A stretch of 64,000 nucleotides of DNA from an uncultured Actinomycetota bacterium (GCA_963820065.1 CAWFYM010000002.1:27103-91102), one strand, 5' to 3'; positions 1 through 10,140 are shown, counted from the stretch's first letter. Program-made: numbers and translations. Notes: generated by a model not told the origin, from the letters alone.

Positions 1-136
1 GCTGATGGGCAACAACCGCCGCCACCACCGACGGTGCGTCGGCGGCCCGGGCGACCACCTCGTGACCAGCCTGCTCGAGCAGCAGCGCCAGGCCCTCGCG
101 GACGACGGCGGAATCGTCCCCGACCACTATCCGCAC
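1..136 (-). CDS. NarL/LuxR-family response regulator, N-terminal receiver fragment (gene runs off the window start)
   Basis: Minus-strand GTG at 136 overlaps the stop of the upstream kinase (GTGA). It translates to VRIVVGDDSAVVREGLALLLEQAGHEVV, a receiver-domain N-terminus. Confidence 0.6.
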   Translation of the reverse strand, partial: MRIVVGDDSAVVREGLALLLEQAGHEVVARAADAPSVVAAVVAHQ

Positions 137-2001
137 GGGAGCCTCGCTTCCACTCTCGTCCCGCTCGTTGGCGTGCTGTCAACGACCAGTTGTCCACCGG
201 TCGCGGCGACTCGATCCCTGAGGCCGGCGAGCCCGGAGCCGGGTTGTTCGGCGGCACCGCCCCTTCCGTCGTCTGAGACCACAACGGTGAGCTGACCATC
301 CTGGCGAGCGATGTCGATACCGACGTTCGTGGGCTCAGCGTGCTTGAGCGCGTTGGCGAGCCCCTCGCAGGCGACGTAGTAGGCCGTGGTGGCGACAGCG
401 TCCGGGACAGCATCGGCGATGACCCGGGCGCGCACGGGGACCGGACTGGTGCGGACCAGCTCCCGAATCGCGGCCGGAAGTCCCTCGTCGAGGCCGCGGG
501 GACGGATCCCCGCAGCCAGGCGGCGGAGCTCGGCGACCGCCTCTGCCAGATCGCGGACCGCCTGTGCGAGGACGTCCCGCATGCAGTCTTCCGGTGCTGC
601 CCGCTGCTGGGCGGACTGCAGGGACATCCCGATCGCGACGAGCCGCTGCTGGGCCCCGTCGTGGAGGTCGCGCTCGAGTCTCCGACGCTCGGCGTCGGTG
701 GCCTCCAGCAGGCGGGCCCTGGACGCCCGGGTCTCGGCCAACGCCTGGCGAAGGGCCATACGGGAGTGGGTCAGTTCCAACGGGAGGCGAGCTCGACGCA
801 GCGCTTCCCGTAGCAGCCGGGGCCGCCGCCCTGCCGCGTCATATCCGATGCATGCCAGCAGCCTCCCGGCCACAGCGACCTCCATCGACTGGCCGGCTGG
901 CCGAGCGGTCGGCGCTCCGTCGCCCCGGCGCCAACTGGCTCCTTCTTCGGAGGGCACCCAGTAGGCGACCCGCAGGCAGGGGTCCAGGAGTGCTTGCTGC
1001 AAAGCCGATTCCACCTGCTCTGGCTCGGCGCGGCCGTCCCGGATCTCATCCTGGAGCCGGTCGAGCCGTGCGAGAGCCTCGCGGCGACCGCGGTCGAAAC
1101 GTGCATCGACAGCAGATTGGACGCGTCGTCGGAGGAGTGCGAACACCGTGGCCGCCGCCAGCGTTGCCACGGCAACCCCGAGGTTCGAGGTGCGTCCCAC
1201 GGCCGCCCCAACACCTATGGTCACCAAGGCGAATACAGCGATCACTGCGCCGGTCAGCATGACGTAGGCGACGGTACGACTGACCAGCGTGTCGACGTCG
1301 TAGAGGTCGTGTCGAAGGATGGCGATCGCGACGCTGATCGGAATGCTGATGTACACGAGGAGTAACCCCACAACCACGACCACGTCGGCTGCGTCTGTGA
1401 GCAGGAATGTTGCCCATGTCGTCAAGAGGACGGCCGGCAGCAACAGAACGCTCAAGAAGATCCACTTCAGCTGGCGCCGTACAACCTCGTCGCCTGTGCC
1501 GAAGCGCACCGCCACTCGGGCTGTCGAGCCCACGACGAGGGCCAGCAACAGAACCAGGGAGCCCACGCCCAACACCCCGTTGACCCATGGCGCAACGGTG
1601 ACCGGCGGATATCCCGGGATCTGCTCGGGGCCGGGACCGTAGCTTCCCGGGTCCAGGGCCACCCCCGCGTGGAATACCAGCACAAAGGCAACCCAGCCTG
1701 CTGGGAGCAGCCACCACCCGCGGCCCAGCCGTCCGTCGGGGACGTAGGCCGCCAACAGTGCGGGTGGCAGGAAGAGCCATACCCAGCCGGCGACCGACGC
1801 CACCGCAAGCAAGAGGGCTAGGCCGTGCGGAGGGGACCCGTCGGAGGCGGCGCTGTCCGGGGAGAGAAGCGCGAACGGCAGCAGTCCCAGCGCCACCAAG
1901 AGGAATCCGACGACTCTCGGCCCCCGGGCGAGCAACAACACGCCGAGTATGACACTCGGCGCGGCCACGATGGCCGCCAGTGCGATTTGCCAGCCCGTCA
2001 T
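127..2001 (-). CDS. Sensor histidine kinase (HisKA_3 + HATPase_c) with polytopic N-terminus
   Basis: 624-aa ORF with multiple hydrophobic helices. Juxtamembrane motif SVAIAILRHDLYDVDTLVSR, H-box ERRRLERDLHDGAQQRLVAIG, and a C-terminal ATPase (VSDDGRGG...GSGLAGLRDR). Confidence 0.85.
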   Translation of the reverse strand: MTGWQIALAAIVAAPSVILGVLLLARGPRVVGFLLVALGLLPFALLSPDSAASDGSPPHGLALLLAVASVAGWVWLFLPPALLAAYVPDGRLGRGWWLLPAGWVAFVLVFHAGVALDPGSYGPGPEQIPGYPPVTVAPWVNGVLGVGSLVLLLALVVGSTARVAVRFGTGDEVVRRQLKWIFLSVLLLPAVLLTTWATFLLTDAADVVVVVGLLLVYISIPISVAIAILRHDLYDVDTLVSRTVAYVMLTGAVIAVFALVTIGVGAAVGRTSNLGVAVATLAAATVFALLRRRVQSAVDARFDRGRREALARLDRLQDEIRDGRAEPEQVESALQQALLDPCLRVAYWVPSEEGASWRRGDGAPTARPAGQSMEVAVAGRLLACIGYDAAGRRPRLLREALRRARLPLELTHSRMALRQALAETRASRARLLEATDAERRRLERDLHDGAQQRLVAIGMSLQSAQQRAAPEDCMRDVLAQAVRDLAEAVAELRRLAAGIRPRGLDEGLPAAIRELVRTSPVPVRARVIADAVPDAVATTAYYVACEGLANALKHAEPTNVGIDIARQDGQLTVVVSDDGRGGAAEQPGSGLAGLRDRVAATGGQLVVDSTPTSGTRVEARLPCG

Positions 2002-2318
2002 CCCGGTTACCTAATGGTGGCGAAGGCACGAAGGTGAACGCCGACCACCCGGGCTCGGCCGGTGTGGTCTACAACACATAGTCTCGCAATCGAGCCACCG
2101 TTGTCGTGCGTGCTGGCACGTATCGCCCTGAGAACTGGGACTCACGTCCGCCGACGGACCGCCGCTCCGGACGTGATGCCCGAACCGGACCAGCGACGAC
2201 GGCTATTCGATCTTTCGTAATCTTGTGGATTGCGCTGGCGGGGCGGTCGCTCCCCGGTGGCGAGTGTGAGGGCGCGGACGGCGGAGTGGAAGCCCCGCGC
2301 TCCTTCGGCCGCCACTAA

Positions 2319-4799
2319 TCAGCAGAGGAGGCGCTCGCCAGCGGGGTCGAGCAGCGGTTGGTCGGAGACGACAGCGCGCCGTCGTTCGCCGAGGATGCCG
2401 ATCGTCAGCTCCTTGCCGACCGTGGCGTGCTCGACGGGAAGGTAGGCAAGGGCGATCGACCGCTCGATGGTGTGCCCGTAGCCACCCGAGGAGACGTACG
2501 CAACGGGACGGGCGCCCTCGGCGTAGACGGGTTCGAGCCCGTGGGCGTCGACGTCCACGGCGTCGACGACGAGACAGGACAACACGTGGGTGCGGCCCGA
2601 GTCGTACTCACGGGACAAGGCGTCGCGGCCGATGAAATCGCCCTTGTCAAGAGCGACGAAGCGATCGAGCCCGGCCTGCAGTGGCGACCAATCGGCGGAA
2701 AGGTCCGCGCCCCACAGCCGGTAGCACTTCTCCAGGCGCATCGACTCCAGCGCTCGGTAGCCAAAATCCACGAGACCGAGATCCTCGCCGGCCTCGCGCA
2801 GCAGCTCGTACAGAGTCCGCTGCTGCTCGATCGGGTGGTGCAGCTCCCAGCCCAGCTCGCCCACATATGAGACCCGCATCGCGAGGACGCGTACGCGTCC
2901 GACCTCGACATGGCGTGCACAAAAGAAGCGGAATCCTTGGTTAGAGAAGTCGTCGCGCGACACTCGCTCCAGCAGCTCCCGCGACCTCGGCCCGGCGATG
3001 GTGAGGACGCCGTCGCGTGCCGTGACGTTGTCGATCCGCACTGATCCGTCACGCGGTGCGTGTTGTTCGATCCAGGCGAGGTCGTGCGTCTCGGTGGCGG
3101 CGGCCGACACCACGTAGTAGCGGCCAGGTTGGAGAAGCGCGACGGTGACGTCGGCCTCGACGCCTCCCCGTGCGGTGCACATCTGCGTCAGCGACATCTT
3201 TCCCACGTCGGTCGGCAACCGGTTCGCGCAGAGCCGGTCCAGGAAGGGCTCGGCGCCGTCCCCGCTGACGATGAACTTCGCAAAGCTCGTCTGATCCAGC
3301 ACCCCGACACCGCCGCGCACGGCACGGCACTCCTGTCCGACGGCGTCGAACCAGTTGCCGCGACCGAATGAATACTCGTCGCGGGCGGGACCGGTCGTCG
3401 CGAACCAGAGCGGGCGTTCCCAACCGGATCGCACGCCCATCACCGCGCCCTTGGCGACAAGGCGGTCGTACAGCGGGTCGGTCTTGAGGGGGCGCCCCGC
3501 AGGTCGCTCCTCCTCGGGAAAGTGGATCTTGTACTCGTCCTCGAACACCTCCGAGGCGCGTTCGACGGCATACGAGGTCGACCGTGCGTAGTCCCCGAAG
3601 CGACGGACGTCGAGCTCCCACATGTTCTCGCTCGGCTGGCCGTGCGCGATCCACTCTGCGCAGAACTTGCCTGCACCGCCGCCGAATACGATGCCGAAGA
3701 TCGAGAAGCCAGCAAGTACGTGGAGCCCCGGCTGACCCGGGATTGGACCCATCAGGCAACGTCCGTCGGGCGTGTATCCGTCGGGGCCATTGATCACGCT
3801 CTTGATCCCCACCTCGCCAAAGGAGGGGATCCGCTCGGCAGCCCCACCGAGGCAGTCCTCGATCTGCTCGAGGTTCGGCGGCAGGAGCCGGCTGTGGAAG
3901 TCCTCGGGGATCCCATCCAGCGCCCACGTGAGTGGGTTGCGCTCGAACGGCCCAACGAGCAAGCTGCTTCCCTCTTGGCGCGCGTAGAAGGAGTTGTCCG
4001 GGTCGCGAAAGACGGGTAGCTCGACCGACCGCGTCGCGATCGCGGGCATCGGGTCGGTTACCAGGTAGTGATGCTGCAGCGAAACGATCGGCAGCTCGAT
4101 GCCGGCAAGCCGGCCCACCTCGCGCGACCACTGCCCGGCCGCAATCACCACGTGCTCCGCCCTGATGTCGCCGGCGGGCGTCGACACCGTCCAGCCGCCG
4201 CCCTGGCGGACGAGCTGGGTGACCGGTGCGTGTCGGAGAATGGTCGCGCCCCGGTCCACAGCTCCCTTGGCGAGGGCGTTCGTCAGGCTCGTCGGATCTA
4301 TGTGGCCGTCGGTCGGGAGATAGGCGGCTGCGAGGACTCCATCGGGCCGGGCGAGCGGGAACAGCTCGTAGGCCCGCTCGGGGGAGAGAATTTCAAACGG
4401 AACCCCCACGTTCTCGGCGATCCCCCGCACCTGTTCGAACTGATGGACCCGGTCGCGAGTCGTGGCTATCCGGACGCTGCCGCACTGGTGGAAGTCGACC
4501 GGAAGTCCTGTCTCCCGCTCAAGTGCTGAGTACAGCTCGACCGACGTGCGGAGCAAACGCATCAGGTTGTAGCTCTGGATGAATTGAGTGCAGAGGCCCG
4601 CAGCGTGCCAGGTCGACCCGCTGGTGAGTTCGTTCGCCTCCACGAGCGCGACGTCACTCCAGCCGAGCCGCGTGAGGTGGTAGAGCGTTGATACCCCTGC
4701 GATGCCGCCGCCCACGACGACGACGCGCGCCTCGGTGATCACGGTCGCTCTATGTCGATGCCGCCCACGCGATGTGCGACGCGGCGCCGCTCGGCCCAT
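2319..4799 (-). CDS. FAD-dependent oxidoreductase fused to a GcvT-type aminomethyltransferase domain (dimethylglycine/sarcosine dehydrogenase family)
   Basis: 826-aa ORF with an N-terminal VVVVGGGIAG dinucleotide-binding fold of DAO-type oxidases and a C-terminal GcvT-like half. An in-frame GTG at 4742 is a plausible alternative start. Confidence 0.85.
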   Translation of the reverse strand: MGRAAPRRTSRGRHRHRATVITEARVVVVGGGIAGVSTLYHLTRLGWSDVALVEANELTSGSTWHAAGLCTQFIQSYNLMRLLRTSVELYSALERETGLPVDFHQCGSVRIATTRDRVHQFEQVRGIAENVGVPFEILSPERAYELFPLARPDGVLAAAYLPTDGHIDPTSLTNALAKGAVDRGATILRHAPVTQLVRQGGGWTVSTPAGDIRAEHVVIAAGQWSREVGRLAGIELPIVSLQHHYLVTDPMPAIATRSVELPVFRDPDNSFYARQEGSSLLVGPFERNPLTWALDGIPEDFHSRLLPPNLEQIEDCLGGAAERIPSFGEVGIKSVINGPDGYTPDGRCLMGPIPGQPGLHVLAGFSIFGIVFGGGAGKFCAEWIAHGQPSENMWELDVRRFGDYARSTSYAVERASEVFEDEYKIHFPEEERPAGRPLKTDPLYDRLVAKGAVMGVRSGWERPLWFATTGPARDEYSFGRGNWFDAVGQECRAVRGGVGVLDQTSFAKFIVSGDGAEPFLDRLCANRLPTDVGKMSLTQMCTARGGVEADVTVALLQPGRYYVVSAAATETHDLAWIEQHAPRDGSVRIDNVTARDGVLTIAGPRSRELLERVSRDDFSNQGFRFFCARHVEVGRVRVLAMRVSYVGELGWELHHPIEQQRTLYELLREAGEDLGLVDFGYRALESMRLEKCYRLWGADLSADWSPLQAGLDRFVALDKGDFIGRDALSREYDSGRTHVLSCLVVDAVDVDAHGLEPVYAEGARPVAYVSSGGYGHTIERSIALAYLPVEHATVGKELTIGILGERRRAVVSDQPLLDPAGERLLC

Positions 4800-5148
4800 C
4801 CCGTGATCTCGGAACTGTGGAAGGAAACGACTTCAAACCGCCCGAGAAGAGGGTGCGGGTCGCCCGTGACCATTGGCCCAGGGGCGGTCATCCGCGAGGA
4901 CTTTGGAGAGGTCGACCATGTTCTCAGGCTATCCAGTCCGGCCGGGCGGCAGGATGAAGCCGGGCTGTGGGTTCCGGGCCAAGGTTGGCCGAGTCATCAC
5001 GCGCTGAAATGGAGGTGCTCGGGTTTTCGAACTCGTGCCGAAACGCCTTTGCCGCGCCAATGGTTGTGCCAATGCCAGCGCGAGTCCTGGACTCCGGGAC
5101 CGCCTATACCCGCAGTTCTGCGTCCGAGCTGGCAGAGGGGCAGCCTGA

Positions 5149-6048
5149 TTGGGCGACCTGGTCCTTCGTCGGTCGGCCCCCGCAGTCATCCTTCGGGCGG
5201 AGGCGATCCCCCCGAAGGTCGATGTCGGTGCCGCTCAGAGTCCATCCCGCAGTTCGATGTCCTCGTGCGCGGCGCTGCCTACGGTCGACTCCATGCCCAT
5301 CGACAGCGTTCCCGTGACCGCGGCAGGCATCAATTCCGAGGGCAGCCTTCAGGCAACGCTCGGGAGGATGCTTCGCTCTGGCGTTGACAGCAACGCCGCC
5401 TTGAACGCGCTGATCCGCGACTACACCACGTTCCACATCGTGCTCGTCTTCGTCGGAGGGCTGTTCCTCCTTGGCCTCGTGACGATCAGCATCGTCTTCT
5501 GGTCCCGCTTCGCGAGGACCCGGACATCGGATGTTCCAGCCACCACCTTCGAGCGGGCGACGTACGTTTCCTTCGGTGTGCTCAGCGTGGTGGTGGGTCT
5601 GTTCCTGGCCCTGGTCGTCGCCGCGAACGTGAGCAGCGTCGCTAACCCTCGACAAGGGCTTTCGGGCGCGGTGGGCATGCTCGGTCACCCGCGGGCGGGG
5701 ACGCCCACGGGAGATTTCCAACAGGCGGTCGTCACATGGTTGGAGTCCGGAAACGCCGAGGTACCCGCCCGCGTCCAAGACAGAATCGATGACCGCCTCG
5801 CCTGGCAGCGACCCAAGGCGATCGTCTGCAGCGTCATGCTTCTCGTGGCTCTGGCGATCAGCGTGCAGGTGTGGCGCTCGCTGGTCAGGCGGTCCCGCTC
5901 GCCAGCTCGCGGAGGAACTCCCGCGACAGGCGCTCTTCTCGTGGTTGGGGTGGCGACGGTCGTCGCCTCTTTGCTCCTGATGCTCATGGTCATGGGGAAC
6001 ACGCAAGGCTCCATCGCGCCCCTGTCGTTGACGCTCTTCCTCGGGTAG
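5149..6048 (+). CDS. Hypothetical polytopic membrane protein upstream of a two-component pair
   Basis: 299-aa ORF with about four hydrophobic helices, co-oriented with and 60 nt upstream of the kinase at 6108. The start codon is uncertain and no recognisable domain was seen. Confidence 0.5.
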   Translation: MGDLVLRRSAPAVILRAEAIPPKVDVGAAQSPSRSSMSSCAALPTVDSMPIDSVPVTAAGINSEGSLQATLGRMLRSGVDSNAALNALIRDYTTFHIVLVFVGGLFLLGLVTISIVFWSRFARTRTSDVPATTFERATYVSFGVLSVVVGLFLALVVAANVSSVANPRQGLSGAVGMLGHPRAGTPTGDFQQAVVTWLESGNAEVPARVQDRIDDRLAWQRPKAIVCSVMLLVALAISVQVWRSLVRRSRSPARGGTPATGALLVVGVATVVASLLLMLMVMGNTQGSIAPLSLTLFLG

Positions 6049-6107
6049 GGATGCGCAACCGGACGGGCCGCCTTCACGTCGACAGGCGACCACGCGATGC
6101 TGTGACC

Positions 6108-7466
6108 ATGGCGTGGGTCTCATGGTGGAAGGGCTGGCTCTCGGACAGCGGTGGCGATAGCGCGGCGGCCCCGGGCCGGAGCGGGGTTGCCTACCAACGG
6201 GTGGCAGGGTGGATCCGCCGCCACCCGACCTTGGTCGATACGGCGCTTGCCGCGCTGGTGGGCGCTTGCGCCGTGCCGCAGCTCGTCTATTTTGCCGGGC
6301 AGCCGGGCGGCGGGTTCGCCGTACGGCTGCTGTTCACGGCGCTCATGGTGGCTCCGTTGGTCTGGCGCCGTCGGTTCCCGCTGTCGGTGTTCGCTTTCGC
6401 GGCTGCGGTTGCTCTGGTCCAGTGGAGCGTCAACGTCACGTTGGCCGCGGACGTCGCCCTGCTCGTCTACCTCTACACCGTGGCCAGCCGGTATCCGGTG
6501 CGGGTTGGTGTGCTGGCCGCTGCTGTGGTCGAGGCCGGCATGATCATGGCCGCCGTCCGGTGGGGTCTCGCCGCGTCGTTAGGTCAATCCTGGTTGGTCA
6601 CTCTCCTGCTGCTGTCCGCCCCGGTCGCGGCCGCCCTCCTGCTGGGCGTGAGCGTACGGGTTCGGCGGCAGTCCCTCGCCGCACTCACGGACCGTGCGGA
6701 CCAGCTGGAACGCGAACGGGACCAACAGGCCGCCAACGCGGCCGCGGCCGAACGCACCCGCATCGCTCGCGAGATGCACGACGTCGTGGCGCACAGCATG
6801 TCGGTCATGGTCACGCTGTCGGATGCGGCCGTCGTGAAGCTTGCTGTCGAACCGGAGCGCGCCGCACTGGCCATGCGTGAGGTGTCGACGACGGGCCACC
6901 TTGCCCTCGACGAGATGCGTCGCCTGCTCGGCGTGCTACGCACCGAGGGGGACGAGTTCGGGCTTCGGCCGCAGCCTGGTCTGGCGGCGATCGACGGGCT
7001 CATCGAGCAGGTGCGGGCCACCGGACTGACTGCCGAGCTCACTATCTCGGGGACCGAAGTATCGATGCCGCCGAGTCTCGAGCTGGCGGTGTATCGCCTG
7101 GTGCAGGAGGCCATCACCAACGCCCTCAAGCACGCCGCCGGCCTAGCCCGGATCACGGTTGCTGTCGATCTCCGGCCGGACCTGGTCACTGTGGACGTTC
7201 ACGACGATGGCGCCGGAGGTCTCCGGCTCGAGCCGACGGGCGGGCTGGGGCTCACCGGTATGAGTGAGCGGGCTGCCGTCTACGGCGGCACGGTGAGCGC
7301 CGGACCCGACCCTGCCGGGGGATGGCGTGTCTACGCACACCTGCCCCTTTCCTTGAGCACGCTCACAAAAGCTCCGGATCCCATGGCGGCCCCCAGTGCA
7401 CTGGCCGCGCTCGACGCTCCGGCCGACCTGGCGGCCCGTGGAGTCGAGAGGGAGCTTGCCCCGTGA
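6108..7466 (+). CDS. Sensor histidine kinase (HisKA_3 + HATPase_c)
   Basis: ATG at 6108 in the frame of track ORF 5871..7466. It has TM helices, the H-box AERTRIAREMHDVVAHSMS and an ATPase domain. Its stop overlaps the regulator start (GTGA). Confidence 0.85.
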   Translation: MAWVSWWKGWLSDSGGDSAAAPGRSGVAYQRVAGWIRRHPTLVDTALAALVGACAVPQLVYFAGQPGGGFAVRLLFTALMVAPLVWRRRFPLSVFAFAAAVALVQWSVNVTLAADVALLVYLYTVASRYPVRVGVLAAAVVEAGMIMAAVRWGLAASLGQSWLVTLLLLSAPVAAALLLGVSVRVRRQSLAALTDRADQLERERDQQAANAAAAERTRIAREMHDVVAHSMSVMVTLSDAAVVKLAVEPERAALAMREVSTTGHLALDEMRRLLGVLRTEGDEFGLRPQPGLAAIDGLIEQVRATGLTAELTISGTEVSMPPSLELAVYRLVQEAITNALKHAAGLARITVAVDLRPDLVTVDVHDDGAGGLRLEPTGGLGLTGMSERAAVYGGTVSAGPDPAGGWRVYAHLPLSLSTLTKAPDPMAAPSALAALDAPADLAARGVERELAP

Positions 7467-8167
7467 GCATCCGAGTGCTGCTCGTCGATGACCAGCCCCT
7501 GATCCGAGTGGGGTTTCGCATGATCCTGGAGGAGTCCGATGACATCGACGTCGTCGGAGAAGCTGAAGACGGAAACGAGGCCGTCCGACTCACCGGAGAA
7601 CTCTCGCCCGACGTCGTGCTCATGGACGTCCGCATGCCCGGCCTTGACGGTATCGAGGCGACCCGGCAGATCATCGCTCGCGACGAGGCAGCGCGCGTCT
7701 TGATCCTGACCACGTTCGACCTCGACGAATACGCCTTCTCCGCTCTGCGAGCCGGGGCCAGCGGATTCGTCCTCAAGGACGTCCGGGTCGATGAACTGGC
7801 GCGCGCGATCCGCGCAGTGGCCAGCGGTGATGCCGTTGTGTCGCCGCGGATGACTCGTCAGCTCCTTGACCTCTACGCGGCGCACCTGCCGGATCGCCCG
7901 GCAGATGATGGGGGGATGGCGAGGCAGCTCGAACAGCTGACGCCTCGTGAGCGTGACGTGATGCTCGAGGTGGCCAGCGGGCTTTCGAATACTGAGATCG
8001 CGGAGAAGCTCGTCGTATCGGAGGCCACGGTCAAGACCCACGTCAGCAGCCTGTTGGCCAAGCTTGGTCTGCGCGGGCGCGTGCAGGTCGTGATCTTCGC
8101 CTACGACGTGGGCCTGGTCCGCGTCAAACCCACGCCCCCTGATGGCTGGCCAACCTCTGCTGAGTGA
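7463..8167 (+). CDS. NarL/LuxR-family response regulator
   Basis: GTG at 7463. Receiver domain IRVLLVDDQPLIRVGF and LuxR HTH LTPRERDVMLEVASGLSNTEIAEKLVVSEATVKTHV. Confidence 0.9.
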   Translation: MSIRVLLVDDQPLIRVGFRMILEESDDIDVVGEAEDGNEAVRLTGELSPDVVLMDVRMPGLDGIEATRQIIARDEAARVLILTTFDLDEYAFSALRAGASGFVLKDVRVDELARAIRAVASGDAVVSPRMTRQLLDLYAAHLPDRPADDGGMARQLEQLTPRERDVMLEVASGLSNTEIAEKLVVSEATVKTHVSSLLAKLGLRGRVQVVIFAYDVGLVRVKPTPPDGWPTSAE

Positions 8168-8454
8168 CAAGTCTCGGCAAGTGACGCATCTCCGCGCGGG
8201 CGGGCCTACTAGTCCTTCGACGCGGGAGTGCGACGACCTGGCCTGGTCGACACATTTGTCGGGCGCACGTCTCCGGAATCGGGTGGAGCTGAGGCAGCGC
8301 TCAGTGCCTTCTGGGTCGGAGACCTGTGCGGACGTCGGGGACTGGATGCACGGAGTATGCCAGGGCCACATGGCGAGGCCCCGATCGCTGCGGCAGCGAC
8401 CGGGGCCCGGCTCCTTGTCAGGGGCACCTCCCTCGTCGTCCGTCGTTGTCGTGT

Positions 8455-8758
8455 CTAGATTTCTGGTGGGGCACTGGTCAGGGGGGGAGCGCAGCCGCGC
8501 CAGGCCATAGGTTTTTCGTGGCCGAGTGCTCGCGTGCTCGATGCCGTGGGCTTCCGGACCGACGCGGTCGTGGGACGGAGGCTCACGAACGATCTCGCTG
8601 CTGCCGGCCAGCGCTGGCGGTTCAGCGCCGCCCCAGTTCGCCTCGATGATCGCGTCGAACTCGGCACGGACCAGGTCTGGATCGGCGCAGACCAACTCAG
8701 CGAACGTTTCCTGCACCTGAACTGCCGACCTTGTGCCCGAGGCTGGGATTGGCTTCAT
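8455..8758 (-). CDS. Hypothetical ~100-aa protein immediately downstream of hsp20 (reading frame ambiguous)
   Basis: ATG at 8758, 10 nt after the hsp20 stop, translating MKPIPASGTRSAVQVQETFAELVCADPDLVRAEFDAIIEANWGG. As written the frame never closes and runs antisense through the regulator gene. It closes at 8455 if the G7 run at 8481-8487 is one base shorter. Confidence 0.3.
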
Positions 8759-8768
8759 GGCAACCTGC

Positions 8769-9206
8769 TCAGACAGAAATGGCCTGCCGAGCCTGGTCGG
8801 GTGAGTTGATGGTGATCTTGCGAGGCTTGGCCTGCTCGGCGACTGGGACTCGCAGCCGCAGTACTCCACTGGCGTAGTCCGCGCCAACGCGGGTGAGGTC
8901 GAGGTTGTCCCCCAGGATCAACTGCCTGCTGAACACTCCACGCGGCCGTTCGGCGGCGAGCACCTCCTGCTTGGCTTCCAAGGTGGGGCGCTCGGCCTTG
9001 ATGGTCAGGACGTTGCGTTCCACGTCGAGGTCGATCGTGGAGGGGTCGATGCCGGGGAGGTCGAATTCAAGCACGAACACGTCATCGTCTCTCCAGGCAT
9101 CCATCGGCATTACCGAGGGACGAGTCGTGGTGCCTACGCCGCCGAACATCTGCTGGGTGAGTCGATCCAGCTCCCGGAACGGGTCGGTACGCATCAGCAC
9201 GGCCAT
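8769..9206 (-). CDS. Hsp20/alpha-crystallin small heat-shock protein
   Basis: ATG at 9206 preceded by CAGGAGG. Alpha-crystallin domain [40 protein letters not shown]. Confidence 0.9.
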   Translation of the reverse strand: MAVLMRTDPFRELDRLTQQMFGGVGTTTRPSVMPMDAWRDDDVFVLEFDLPGIDPSTIDLDVERNVLTIKAERPTLEAKQEVLAAERPRGVFSRQLILGDNLDLTRVGADYASGVLRLRVPVAEQAKPRKITINSPDQARQAISV

Positions 9207-9250
9207 GGCCGCTACCTCCTGGTTTTCGTCTGCTCCGATCTGTCTCTGAT

Positions 9251-9299
9251 CTGTGGCAGTTGCCACAGGTTTGATATAGCACTCCACATCAATGATGTG
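9251..9299. promoter_or_regulatory. Two perfect palindromes in the hsp20 / merR-like divergent intergenic region
   Basis: CTGTGGCA-gt-TGCCACAG at 9251-9268 and CACATCA-a-TGATGTG at 9285-9299. A TTGAC hexamer follows at 9306. Confidence 0.5.
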
Positions 9300-9339
9300 C
9301 AAGTGTTGACTCAGAGATGTCGCGAGAAAGGAGCAGTCT

Positions 9340-9624
9340 TTGGCGGAGGTCGACTCAGGCCTTGGCGTCTACGGCATCACCACGGCCGCGGAGCTGGTGG
9401 GGATGGACCCGCAGAGCCTGCGCCTGTACGAGCGGCGTGGGCTCCTTGAGCCGGCCCGCACCGACGGAGGTACCCGCCGCTACAGCGCCGCCGACCTTGA
9501 CCGCCTCCGCCGCATAGGCGACCTCCTCAACGGGGGCCTCAACCTGGCTGGTATCGCCATCGTGCTCGATCTCGAAGGGGACAACGCGCGCCTCCGCGGC
9601 CAGCTCCGCGCACTCAGTGAGTAG
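9340..9624 (+). CDS. MerR-family transcriptional regulator (heat-shock regulator-like), divergent from hsp20
   Basis: TTG start at 9340 preceded by GAAAGGAG. Mer[43 protein letters not shown]. Confidence 0.85.
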   Translation: MAEVDSGLGVYGITTAAELVGMDPQSLRLYERRGLLEPARTDGGTRRYSAADLDRLRRIGDLLNGGLNLAGIAIVLDLEGDNARLRGQLRALSE

Positions 9625-9781
9625 ACCGAACGCTCAACTCATTCCTGCTGGTGACCGCGCGTCCGTTCGGTGATCAGACCCCTGATACTCGTCGGCGTGT
9701 GGTCGGTCGAATCGCCTCGTTGCCGGCGTCATCCCAGCCGGGGCTAACCGAAGTGGGCCTCGCCCAGTCGCGGGCGCGCCG

Positions 9782-10140
9782 CTATGCCCGCTGTTCCAGC
9801 TCCGAGCTGGCAGACGAATCGAGCGGCAGGGTGACACGGAAGGCCGTCCCGTTTGGGCTGCCCTGGCAGGTGACCTGACCACCGTGGGCGTGCACGACGG
9901 CATCGACGATCGACAGGCCGAGGCCGCTTTCCGCCAAGAGCGCGGGACCGCCCGGCATCGGCTCTGTAGAAGCGCTCGAATACTCGCGCCGCGACGTCAG
10001 GGGGCATGCCTGGGCCTTCGTCGACCCATGCGCCGTCGGTGCCCGCTGACAGGTCGATGGGTCGAGCGGGGTCAACGGCGCGTGCGTCGACCACGGCATC
10101 TGAGGTGAGGCTCAGGACATCCACTGGCGTGCGCGCAAGC
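9782..10140 (-). pseudogene. Remnant of an OmpR-partner-type histidine kinase C-terminus (HATPase_c only, internally deleted and frameshifted)
   Basis: DEGPGMPPDVAARVFERFYRADAGRSRALGG in one frame continues as SGLGLSIVDAVVHAHGGQVTCQGSPNGTAFRVTLP in the next. There is no H-box, no N-box region and no N-terminus. Confidence 0.7.

Noticed and set aside
4800-5148. A glycine or other riboswitch upstream of the GcvT-domain dehydrogenase.
   Set aside because: I read both strands and found no tandem GGAGAG...CACCG...ACCGAAGGGGCAA-like aptamer cores or other recognisable riboswitch motifs.
7331-8887. A 518-aa minus-strand ORF.
   Set aside because: Most of it is antisense to the well-supported response regulator at 7463-8167. 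Only the first ~100 codons downstream of hsp20 might be real (see the feature at 8455-8758).
9207-9339. An HspR HAIR element (CTTGAGT-N7-ACTCAAG) in the hsp20 promoter.
   Set aside because: No match was found. The palindromes present have different sequences.
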